Of a stretch of DNA of 64,000 nucleotides, positions 52,584-64,000 are shown piece by piece. The stretch lies in contig OX597817.1 of the NCBI GenBank assembly GCA_951406725.2, positions 173,600,001 to 173,664,000 of the forward strand, written 5' to 3'. A program made the translations under genes and the position numbers. How positions within the stretch are numbered: position 1 is the stretch's first letter; each line of letters opens with the position of its first letter. The notes beneath the pieces are model-generated. The model saw only the letters and a program-made list of their open reading frames with translations, searched no databases and was not told where the DNA came from. Source of the stretch: Octopus vulgaris (taxonomy: Eukaryota).

Positions 52584-53384
52584 CATCACATTGAGTATAT
52601 ACATTGAGAAAGTCTAATACAACCATGTCTACCATACACAAACAATCAAAAATACAACAGAGAAGGAATCTATCTCACGGCCCTTTAGTTAAATCAATAC
52701 AGCTAATTGGATAAATACAAAATAACCAAGTGATAACAAGGTAATAAACTGCAAATTTTCAGAATACTTTTAGAGTTTTTCTGTTCAGTGTTATAAGTAA
52801 GAAATGTGATACAAATTCTAGAAAGCGTATTAACATCTTTCATTTGACATCATCATTTAACGTCGTTTTCCATGCTGAGATAGGTTGGACAGTTTGACAG
52901 GAGCTGACTAGCTGACAGTAGAAATAAAATATTTTTGATTAGTTTGGCTATTAAAGACAACTTCAAAAATTCCAAATATCAACAAAATATCACACTTCCT
53001 CAATAAATTTGATGAAATAAATTGCAATTCCAATTTTCTCTAAAGTGACATTCTATAACAAAAAGGCATTTCTTTGGTAACAGAGAGTATTTATTTATCA
53101 GCATAAGAAATTAATTTAAATCAGATGCACTTTAAATCAGTAAAATAGGGAAATGTCATGAGATCAAAACTGACAATTATTTCAAGTAATCAACTCAAAA
53201 ATATGGTATTATTCCCATACCAGCCTGAATTTAAGAAAAGTGTTTATTTGGAAAGTAGTAGCTCCAGTATAAGAGCTAATATTGGAAATTGCAGAATACT
53301 TTAAACTAAACAGACATTGAAAGCTAATACAAGTATATAATAATCAATGTGTATGTATATGATACCCTGCTATATATATATATA

Positions 53385-53611
53385 TATTTCTTTACTACCC
53401 ACAAGGGGCTAAACGCAGAGGGGACAAACGAGGACAGACAAACGGATTAAGTTGATTATATCGACCCCAGTGCGTAACTGGTACTTAATTTATCGACCCC
53501 GAAAGGATGAAAGGCGAAGTCGACCACGGCGGAATTTGAACCCAGAACGTAACGGCAGACGAATTACGGCTACGCATTTCGCCCGGCATGCTAACGTTTC
53601 TGCCAGCTTGC
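53385..53611 (-). mobile_element. Nin-domain-like SINE, young copy
   Basis: Reverse complement of 54441..54670; contains gcctttcatcctttcggggtcgataaa on the minus strand. Confidence 0.85.
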
Positions 53612-53899
53612 ATATAAACACACTAATACACACACATATATATAGGCATGGCACAGGTGCAGAATATGACTGTGTGGGTGGATTTGACTGTTTTAAATTA
53701 TAAAGATAATCCCTAGAGTAACAAATACGTGAAGAGGAAGTGTCAACATAATTAACCCTCTCATTTTCTAAAATTACTTTTAGTCCTCTGATCTCAGCTA
53801 GTCTTAGTCACCTTTCATCTATTAAATTACAATCTCACCTCAGGAAACCGAATGTATCCGATATTACCATCCCAACAATATCAGTTATCTGTTCACATT

Positions 53900-54113
53900 T
53901 TAACCCTTTAACAATCAGATTACTCTGCCAAATTTAATGCCTATTTATTCACATTGTTTTTAATTAACCATACATTATCTCATAGCTTTGAGAATCTGAT
54001 GACGTAACTGTCATTGTAAGATTGCTGGGAGAGGCCAGATTTAGCTGGTTCAAACATAAAATAGGTAGAATATTTAAGGCTAGATATGGCCAGTTTAAAA
54101 GCTAAAGAGTTAA
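53900..54113. mobile_element. piggyBac-type MITE
   Basis: TTAAcccttta...taaagagTTAA termini. Confidence 0.75.
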
Positions 54114-54440
54114 TTAAAATATTGACATCATTCTCATTATTGTATACGCTGCATTAGATTGTAACAATGTGAATTTTTTTCTTACTCATTCATTTGAATT
54201 TTACAGCAATCTTTGCAAGTAGATAACTGTTTCATATTTAATAACAAGGAACCCGAGTTCCAAGGGCTTTCAAAAGGAAGAAGTGGTTACAAGAAATGGA
54301 ATTATTTGGCATGATAAAATACATTCAGCCCACATTAAAAAATGAATGATGATGCAAGGACATTCATTTGTAAAAGGCATGTTGAAAAACACAAGTAAAG
54401 AAAAGAGAGGTGGACCATGCAAGCTATATACAGTTTAAAG

Positions 54441-54670
54441 GCAGCAAGCTGGCAGAAACGTTAGCATGCCGGGCGAAATGCTTAGCGGTATTTCGTCTGT
54501 CGCTACATTCTGAGTTCAAATTCTGCCGAGGTCAACTTTGCCATTCATCCTTTCGGGGTCAATTAAATAAGTACCAGTTACGCACTGGAGTCGATATAAT
54601 CAACTTCATCCATTTGTCTGTCCTTGTTTGTCCCCTCTGTGTTTAGCCCCTTGTGAGTAGTAAAGAAATA
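54441..54670 (+). mobile_element. Nin-domain-like SINE
   Basis: gcaagctggcagaaacgttagcatgccgggcgaaatg...catcctttcggggtc...gtagtaaagaaata. Confidence 0.85.
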
Positions 54671-54996
54671 GCTATATACAGTTTAGGAATGTAGTAACTC
54701 TGAATTTTTTATGAAAAGTGAAACACAGGATAGGAGCCACTTTAGTGCCATTGCTAACAATCATTCTAGTGCCATTGGTGAAATTACATGAACATAGTCC
54801 ATGTTGTATACAGTTTGGTGATAGTAATAAAGAATCAGGGCTGCAGAAATCATACAAGAAAATATATAAATAAAAATACATACATAACAACAAAGAGAAT
54901 TTTCTTTGTTGATGTGTGTGCTAAATGACTGGAACAGTTAGTGAGATACTTTAAGCCCTGTTTATAGTATCATGCCAGCATAGTAATATCATTTAT

Positions 54997-55318
54997 CTTT
55001 TACTTGTTTCACTTACTGGACTGCAACCATGTAAGGGCATTTCCCTAAAGGATCTAGTCAAATAAATCAACCCCAGTACTTATTCTATCAGTCTATTTTG
55101 GTAAAACACTATGTTACAAGGATATAAACAAACCAACACTGGTTATCAAATGGTGGTGGGACACACAAATACACACAGGCTTCTTTCAGTTTCTGTCAAC
55201 CAAATCTATAAGACTTTGGTCAGCCTGGGGAAAATGATAGATGAAATTTGCCCAAGGTTCCAGACAGAACCCAGATTCATGGGGTCAGGAAGCAAGTTTC
55301 TTACCACACAGCCACTGT
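54997..55318 (-). mobile_element. tRNA-derived SINE (diverged), head-to-head with the next copy
   Basis: Similar to 25346..25710. Confidence 0.75.
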
Positions 55319-55330
55319 ATGTATATATGT

Positions 55331-55513
55331 ATGTGTGGTAAGAAGCTTGCTTCCCAGCCACATGGCTCCAGGTTCAGTCTCACTGCATGGCACCTTGGGC
55401 AAGTGTCTTCTACTACTACAGCCTCAGGCTGACCAAGCCTTGTGAGTGGATTTGGTGGCAAAAACTGAAAGAAACCCATCATACAAACACACACACATAC
55501 ACGCATGTGTGTG

Positions 55514-55574
<61 letters not shown>

Positions 55575-55770
55575 TTGTCTTTGTCTTTCTCCCCCACCAT
55601 CACTCAACAACTGGTATTGATTTATGTCCCCATAACCATAGCAGTTTGACATAGGACACCAAAAGAACAAGTACCAGGCTTTAAAAAGTCCTGATCTTGA
55701 TTTATTCAACTAAATACCTCTGGGTACTGCCCCAGCATGGCCACAATCCAATGACTAAAACAAGTAAAAG
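55331..55770 (+). mobile_element. tRNA-derived SINE with an expanded internal (GT)n
   Basis: Similar to 33250..33642. Confidence 0.8.
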
Positions 55771-56221
55771 GATATAATATCATAATCTATTGGTATGCAT
55801 ACCTACCTACCTACATACCTCTATACATACAAATGCTACACATGCACACACACAACTTCATTGCAGTTAGGATCACAAAGTTCCCTCTCAGTGAAGCTCA
55901 TCATATATCAGTCAATAGCCACAATAAAAGATCTGCTGGTGTACATTTGGCAATTACTGTACAAAGAAAATTATGTCACACTCAAGAGAGCATATGAATT
56001 AATTAATTCTTTATAACAGAGTATTTCAAGCCTTGCTATATGTAATCAAAATTCTGACTTCTCTGTTGTTAGACCTGTATGTTTTCTCAAGGGATAAAAT
56101 ATTTTTGGAGCAAGACTAGAAATACTTTTGTAGATAGAATTATTTATCACACTTGACGTTGTGTTATGTAGCATGTGACACACATTTTTCTTATATATCT
56201 AAGTATTAGTTTACATCTGTT

Positions 56222-56560
56222 GTGAAGGCACATGGCTCAGTGGTTACAGCGTCGAGCTTACAATCGTGAGGTTGAGAGTTCGAACCCCGGATCGGGCTGT
56301 GTGTTATGTTCTTGAGCAAGACACTTTATTTCATGTTGCTCCAGTTCACTCAGCTGTAGAAATGAGTTGTGACGTCACAGGTGCCAAGCTGTATCAGCCT
56401 TTGCCTTTCCTTTGGATAACATCAGTGGTGTGGAGAGGGGGGGGGGCTGGTATGCATGGGCAACTGCTGGTCTTCTATAAAAAACCTTACCCGGACTTGT
56501 ACGTGGGAGGGTAACTTTCTAGGTGCAATCCCATGATCAGTCATGACCAAAGGGGGTCTC
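56222..56560 (+). mobile_element. tRNA-derived SINE (Meta/CORE-like domain)
   Basis: gaaggcacatggctcagtggtta...gagttcgaaccc...ttgagcaagacactttatttcatgttgctccagttcactcagctg. Confidence 0.8.
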
Positions 56561-59500
56561 ACCAGTTTACATATGTTACTGTACATAAGGTGGTGGGTTG
56601 GTGAGGTCAATTCTCACCATGGTTTGCTTTATCTTCCAACCTTCCTGGGGCCAATATAAAATAAGTTGCTGCAGAATAATGAAGTCAATGAAAGTGACTT
56701 TGCCCTGGCCCCATTTGCTAAGGACTCATTCATAGATGAATGTCTCTAATCACCAAAACTTCAATCAATTCACTACTCATGTACACTAGCAAAGGGATAA
56801 TTAAAAAGCAATAATACTGTCATTGTCCTCATCATCATTTAACGACCAGGTTCCATGTTGGGATAGGTTGGACAATTTGACAGGATCTGATCGGTTCAAG
56901 GACTGCATTGTGCTCCAGTGTCTGCTTTGGCATGGTTTCTATCACTGAATGTCCTTCCTAACATCAATCACATTACAGCATGTATTAGCTGCATTTTGTT
57001 TGTACCACCAGCACCAATGTGGCCACAAGACTACAAACCTCAAGGAAGGTAGTGAAGGGGGTTGACTTTATGATAGGGAATGAGAGGTTAAAATATGAGA
57101 GAGGGGGAGGAGCCAAAGCAGTTTCTTGCAGAGGAGCTGCATGGCTACTCACATTTAGTTAAGAGAGAGATTAAAAAAAAAAACTGATCAGTAGGAGCTG
57201 CAAAGAGATAGTGACAATGAAGTGTCCAGGTGGCCCCTCACAACACAAGGTGAGTAGATATTACCATTCTTATCATCATTGTTTTACATCTGCTTTACCA
57301 TATTGGTATGGCCTGCATTTGTTTTTTAAGGAAGTGTTTTATGACTTTAACAACCTTTCTGTTGCCAGCCTTTTAGTTAACTCTTATAACAAATAAGGAC
57401 ACAAACATACCGATACTGTATCTTGGTTTAAATCATAAAAAAGTGTGTTTTTAGCAATGATGTTTCATGCTTGGTAGTTTTCAGAGATGGTGGAGTATAA
57501 AAAATTTATCACATCACTACCATTTTATTAATGAGATCTTCAACATTTCATTATATTACAAAGCATTTTTTTCCTTTTTAAGATTGATATTACTTTTAAA
57601 AAAATATAAAAAAAACACAGGTGCAAACATGGTTGTGATTATGAAGATTGCTTTGCAACTACATGGTTTCAGGTTCAATCTCACTGTGCTGTGTCTTGGG
57701 CTACAGCCTCAGGCCTTGTCAGTGAATTAGTGATAATGGTACACAAAAACTGTGTGGAAGCCCATCATATATGTGTGATTGTGTGTGTGTTGGTCCCACT
57801 GCCACCACCACCATCATGTGACAAACGGAGTTGGTTTGTTTACATCCAAAAAATTTTGCAGTTTGGCAAAAAATACTGACAGAATAAGTACCAGACTTTA
57901 AAAAAGAAAAAAAAAGTAGTGGGGTCAATTTGTTTTGACTAAACACTTCTAGTAGGGCTGCAGTCCAATGACTGAAGCAAGTAAATGATAAAAAGATTGA
58001 TTGTAAATTAAATAGCTGTTGTGGAGAAAGTTGTTCAAAAAGACTGGAAGCTGGAAATATTTCATATTATTACCCTAGTGAATCACTTGCTTTTTAAACT
58101 TGGAGTTCAAAAGAGTAAAATTTATTGTGTAATACAAAGCATACACACTGCATTTATCTGACGGCCTTGATTTTATCCTGACCTATACTTTGGTCCTTAA
58201 GTCAGCTGGTTATGAGTGAGACAACATGTCTAGAGTGCTTTGCTGGTGAAAAGAATAATAGATGCTTTCATTTAAAGTGATATTTCCCAGCATTTAAAAA
58301 GCACAGTAGCTAAAAAAAGGAAAGAAAGAAAATACCATACAGCTTGATTTGTTAACTGTATATATAGTATAAGAAAATATAGGAAAAGAAGAAAAGAGAT
58401 TTGATTTTTGTACCTCTAAAACTATGCATAACACACTCAAACTTTGTACTTACAATGATTTATCACCAAGGTTTATTGCTTTAAACCAACAAAAATTTAT
58501 TGAAATCTATCTAAATTCTAGTTTATAATGATTTTCTCATTGTTAAGTGTGTGTATGTATAGAGACAGGCAGACAGAGATATGCATGCATATATCTCATC
58601 ATCATCATCATCATCGTCATTTAATATCTACTTCCCATGTTGGCAGAGGTTGGATCCAGCAAGCTGTGAGCTGCTTTTGCATGGTTTCCACAGCTGGATG
58701 CCCTTTCCAACACCAACCACTTTACATAGTGTACTGGGTGCATTTTTTTGTGCCAGCACTACTTAGGTTGCCATTTAACTTGCAAGACAGAAAAAGAAAA
58801 ACAGTAAAAGCTCCCACTACTAAGTGGTGGCGGAGGGTTACTTGAAGGAGGAAGGTGGCTTGATGCAACGTGTAAAAAGGATAAGGTATGATAGAGGGAC
58901 CAGCACAGGTGGTTTGCTATAGAGGGGATACAGGGCTACCCAACATTATAGATAGATGTGGGTGAAAGTATCTGAGAAGGAGATAAAAGAAGGTAGTGGT
59001 GGAGAGCCAGAGCAAACTCTCATGGTACAAGAAGGAGAGCAAAATAGAAGATAAAAACATTCTTATTTAATATATATATATATATATACACACACATATA
59101 TATACACACACACATATATATATATTGTACCTTATCTGCTGGATTCAAAGATGAAAGGCAAAGTCAACCTTGGTGAATTTTGAAATTTGAACTCAGAATG
59201 TCAAGACAGATGAAATGCTGCTTAGTATTCTGCCTGGCATGCTAATGATTTTGCCAACTCACTGCCTTACTACTCCTACTACTAATGATGATGATGATCA
59301 TCATCATCATCATCATTAGATTGTACTACATGACATGTGGAGTACTATCAAACAAGACAGAATACAAAAATGTGAATTCATTACTTGAAAGAAATATTGA
59401 TCCAGTTACTATTGCAGACAATCTTGGTTGTTTTTGAGAGAATAAATACGAAATCTGCCAGCAATGCAGATGAGGATAACGATTTACCTTGATCTGCAGA

Positions 59501-61194
59501 TGACAATTTCTTAGGATTTTGTAGACCACAAATAAATAAATCATGTTTTTTTGTTTTTTTTTATCTATTCTACTCTAATGCTTGCTATATACAGTAGCCT
59601 ATGCAATTCACAGAAAGGCCAGTCTCTATTAGAGTGTATTCAATTCTCCCTTACCCCATTAACCACTGAGTTCTGATATAAACAAAATAATTGTTTTATT
59701 TGGGGTTTTTTCTGTATCTAAAGGAATTTGTTCACATTTATTGTACCTTTTTGTTTGCTTTGTTACCATTTTCTTAACAAAATTCTCAAAAATTGTTTAT
59801 TGCATTGTTTGCTTTGTCTGCATAGTATTTATACATAACAAATGTATGGTATTTCTTTTCATCTGTAGTAAATTGAATTTACTTTCCTCTCAACGTTAGT
59901 ATAATGTTACTATATTTATGATTCTATACCTGATTCCAGTATATTGTATTTACATGCAGAAAGATAATGTTTGCCCATCATAGATAGCCACTTTGAAATC
60001 ACTTTCACTAAATGTATGATGGGACATCAAACTAAAACTCTTTTTATCTTCTTCAAAATATCCTTACAATAATGGTGCATGCTGCTTTTGCAGAAAGGTT
60101 TCTTCAATGTTGGCAAATACAATCTTCTGTTATACTATTCAAACACACACACACAAATTAGTTTAGTCATTTTGCCACAGAGACTGTTTACTAAAGTGTA
60201 ATGAATAATGAATACTTCAATTATACTTTGGATATTCCAACTAGTTAAGTGGATTTTGTTTTTTTCTTGTTCAGTTTTTGTTCTCTAGTCTGAAGAGATA
60301 GGAGCAGAAGCCATAGCTCCACAGATATGTGAAGTCAATATTCAGCTGGATTGTCTGGATTAAACCTTAAAAAGACCTTTAGTACAGCAGGGATGGCAGG
60401 GAAGGAAATACAGTGAGGATAGTAAGAGAGAAAAAAAGCAGGAGCATTGAGTGAGCTTAAATAGGAGTAATTTATAGGTTGATATTTGAGAAGTGTAGCA
60501 ATCATAGAGAGAAGGGTGCTATTGTTAAACCCCTTCAATCCTGTTTGAGCAGACCTGTGTTCAAAGGAAATCTAGCTATCCTTTTAAAAACATATTCAGG
60601 GTAACATTACCTCACAGATCCTGTTGTGACTTGAGCCAGTCTTTGCTACTATTTCTAGCTAGTTGAGTAACCACATAATTACTCTTGTGCACTTGAAGAT
60701 TGTGTAGAGACAAGTGATTGAAGCTCTTTGATAACCAAAAGTTTCCCAATTCAGTCTAATGGTATTTTTCTCTATGCAGTCTAGAATATTTTTTGAGTAT
60801 AGCAGCTACTCATCATACATGTGGGCAGTACACTAAAATGGAACATATTTGTTCTCTACAGACTACTATTCAAAGGTAAAGAGTTGCTGATCTTCTACAA
60901 AGAACCTTGAAGAGGATGCCTAACTTTTATGAAGCAAGGGGATATGGCATTTACTATTCCATAATTAGAATAGACTGGCAAGAAACAAAATAAGGATAAA
61001 ACCAACATGGGTTATCCATATGCCCCAAAATATTCAGCTAACAGAATAAACATCAAATACTTGAATAATAGTCTTACATGTGAGACAAATAATGGTAACT
61101 GAACCATTGTTTACATTAAAAATAATTAAGAAAAAAAGGACTGTTAACTTTTGGTAATAGTAAATCTTTGTGTGTGAAGAGTCACACCAACAAT

Positions 61195-61590
61195 ATAACG
61201 AACCACTTCCTGTGGATATGCTCATAAAATCCAAAACCAGTGCAGCTCTCACGGCTTTCAGGAACATTTTCTTACAGTCAGAATTGTTGAAACTTGGAAT
61301 AAACTACCTCTATTAGTTGTTAGCTGACAAGACATTATTTCTTTAAAAAAATTTCATGCTTCCTGAAATTCACCAACACTACCCCTGATATGTCTATGCC
61401 CTTCTCCTCTCTATGGCTGCCTTGCTTTTAACTTTCTATCTGTGTTTTATCCCGTGTTCAATGCATGCAGTTTTGGCTACGATTGCAGCCTTTCTTAATG
61501 TGACTTATCACTGCTTTCTGTTCTTTCTTTTACTCTTTTCCAACAAGTTATGGTGCCCCTGAGCCCTATATACAATAAACACATTATCAT
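61195..61590 (+). mobile_element. CR1-clade LINE 3' fragment
   Basis: Translates to CGYAHKIQNQCSSHGFQEHFLTVRIVETWNKLPLLVVS (RGHxxK...FFxxRVVxxWNxLP motif); AATAAA near 61574. Confidence 0.75.
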
Positions 61591-62219
61591 TAACTCTCTA
61601 CAAAGAAGACTAGGAATCATCCAAGAGTGGAATCCAGAATATAAAGAACAAAACCAAAATACTGTGTAGTGAAATGAGTTGTTATGAAAGTTAATATTGT
61701 ATACATGTCACACTTCCAAGCCATAAACAACAAATTTCTTGAGTATAGAGTTGAAAAACTGAATAAGAATAATTACTGAATACTTGTATAAAAAGATTGT
61801 GGCCAACAATATAAGGTGATCAGGATACATCAAACTCACTACTAATTTTACAAATCACAGAGGAGGGTAATGACATCATCATCACCATTAAAGTCCATTT
61901 TTCCAGGTTTGTATGGTTGAATGAAATTTATTGAGGTGGATTTACTAAAGCCAAACACCCTTCCTATTACCAATCCTCACTTGTTTCCAAGTAATGTAAT
62001 ATTTCCCATAATGCATGGGTTGGACGGTTCACAGACCCCAATAGAACCGTCCAACCCATGCTAGCATGGAAAACGGACGCTAAACGATGATGATGATGAT
62101 GATGAATGCAACACGTTTCCATGGAAGACTGGAAATAAAGGCCCCTGCTTGCATGATGGTGACATTCATTAACAGTTATCACATAAAATCAAGGCAACAA
62201 GACAGTAAAACACACACAC

Positions 62220-62945
62220 ATCATCATCATCATCATCATTTAACGTCCATTTTCCATGCTGGCATGAGTTGGACAGTTTGACTGGGGACTGGTAAGCCAG
62301 GAGGCCACACCAGGGTCCAATCTGATCTGGCAGTGTTTCTACAACTGGATGCTCTTCCTGATGCCAACCACTCCGAGAGTATAGTTGGTGCTTTTTACAT
62401 GCCACCAGCATGGGAGCCAGTCAGGCAGAACTGGCATCGGCCACGTTCGGATGGTGCTTTTTACATACATGCTGCTGACACAGGAACCAATTGGGGCAGG
62501 GAGGCTGGCATTGACCATGTTCAGATGGTGCTTTTTGGGGGGAACCAGTCAGATAGCACTAACAACAACCCACACATGCATGGTGCTTAATGCGTGCCAC
62601 CAGCACGGGAGCCAGTGAGGTGGCACTGGCATCGGCCACAACTACAATTCCATTTGATTGTGATTTGATTTGATTTTACTTGACCCAAAAGGTCTCCTCA
62701 AGCATGGAATGTCGCCCGACAATTCAAAGGTGCTTTTTAAATGGGCTGGTTATGTGACACTACTGTAGGTTACAGCTGTGATCTCACTTTACTTACCGGT
62801 TCTTCTCAATCACAGCATATCTCCAGAGGTCTCGGTCTTTCGTTATTGCCTCTGTGAGGCCCAACGTTAGAAGGTCATGCTTCACCACCTCATCCCATGT
62901 CTTCCTAGGTCTCCCTCTACCATGGGTTCCTTCCACTGTTAGAGA
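62220..62945 (-). mobile_element. 5'-truncated RTE LINE, same family as 23608..24670
   Basis: ORF 62793..63008 CHSLTVEGTHGRGRPRKTWDEVVKHDLLTLGLTEA; (CAT)n tail at 62220. Confidence 0.88.
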
Positions 62946-63819
62946 GTGACACGTGTGAGTGCACATGGTGCACACAGCTCTCCTCAGGCTTCTCTCAGTT
63001 TCCATCAACTAAATCCACTCATAAGGCTTTGGTCAGCCAGAGCCATAGCAGAAGACACTGACCCAAGGTGCCACACAATGGGACTGAACCCAAGATCATG
63101 TGATTGGGAAGCAAACTTCTTCCAACACATTCACACCTGGACCATACTTAAATATTACACGCAAACTAGTAGATGCCTGATTTTGTTCTTCGGTCTTTAA
63201 TTTTCATGCAAGTTAACCAGCAAATGAGTCAAAACAATCTACCCTAACCCTTTTTAGGGTGGTTACTTTAAAATATAATTAGGTAAACATATAAGCTTTA
63301 AAACAGTTACCAAGGAGCATACTGTGTTTAGTTCCAGTAATTTATTCTTAAAGAAATATTTCAGTGAAATTATTCAATGAATTATTCAAAAGAATTTAGT
63401 AGCAATTTAAATAACAAAGATAGTTTGTTATTGTTTTTTTTTTTTTTCTTAGTGCTATTTCTGGCTTCATAATACTATAATCTGTAATACCACAATCATT
63501 AACACATTTTTGTAGTCTGACCAACTACTCTGCTCTACCAAAATTAATCCCACACTTCTAGCCAATCCATGTACAAAGCTATAGTATCTTATGTGATTAT
63601 AATCTAATGAGGCAACAGAACCTGTCAGTGATCTGGTGATTAATCAACCGGAAATACTGTGTCCCTAATTAAACTCCTGATTTTACAAAACCCATAAACC
63701 TCTTTTTTTTTCTTTCTCTTTACAAACCAATGAGGGAACATCTATATGATTGCTTGATCTACTAAAAATATCAACCAAAATTTCCTTAAATCACATCCTA
63801 TTTCATAAGAAGACACTTG

Positions 63820-63820
<1 letters not shown>

Positions 63821-63892
<72 letters not shown>
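63821..63892. repeat. Long (GT)n microsatellite
   Basis: Seen directly. Confidence 0.95.
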
Positions 63893-64000
63893 CACATGGT
63901 GCATATGTGTGTGTTTTCCAAACATGGCCATCCAGATTTTTAATTTTGCTTTTCTTGCTTTTCCTCTTTCTCAGGCAGAAAAGAAAAAGAAATGAGACAG

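Noticed and set aside
59950-59980. ATG GGC on the minus strand as the LNPK start exon
   Set aside because: The peptide MGKHYLSA does not resemble the lunapark N-terminus, and the nearby GT is out of phase with the exon at 46138.
63240-63262. accctaaccc...agggt telomere-like or palindromic motif
   Set aside because: Fewer than two telomeric units; expected by chance.

Overview
AT-rich eukaryotic (metazoan) genomic DNA. The repeat families and microsatellite load look like an octopus or other coleoid cephalopod; this is inferred from recalled repeat motifs, not verified. One protein-coding gene runs on the minus strand: lunapark (LNPK, ER junction formation protein). I reconstructed nine GT-AG exons with consistent phases between 46138 and 2052. 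They encode an N-terminal helix, two TM segments, a coiled coil, a Pro-rich linker and the C4 zinc ribbon ending in LNPAKK. I did not find the ATG exon or the terminal exon, which are probably outside the window. The introns hold tRNA-derived SINEs, RTE/CR1/HERO-like LINE fragments, four mariner remnants, a maT-like element carrying a nested RTE, Tc1- and piggyBac-type MITEs and microsatellites. The most interesting signals are three frame-preserving candidate microexons (24, 12 and 12 nt), a K in place of R in the eponymous LNPARK motif that A-to-I editing could restore, several strong intronic inverted repeats (possible ADAR substrates), and a stacked transposon locus that creates a chimeric ORF. 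I see no CRISPR array, rRNA, true tRNA or clearly novel multi-gene system.
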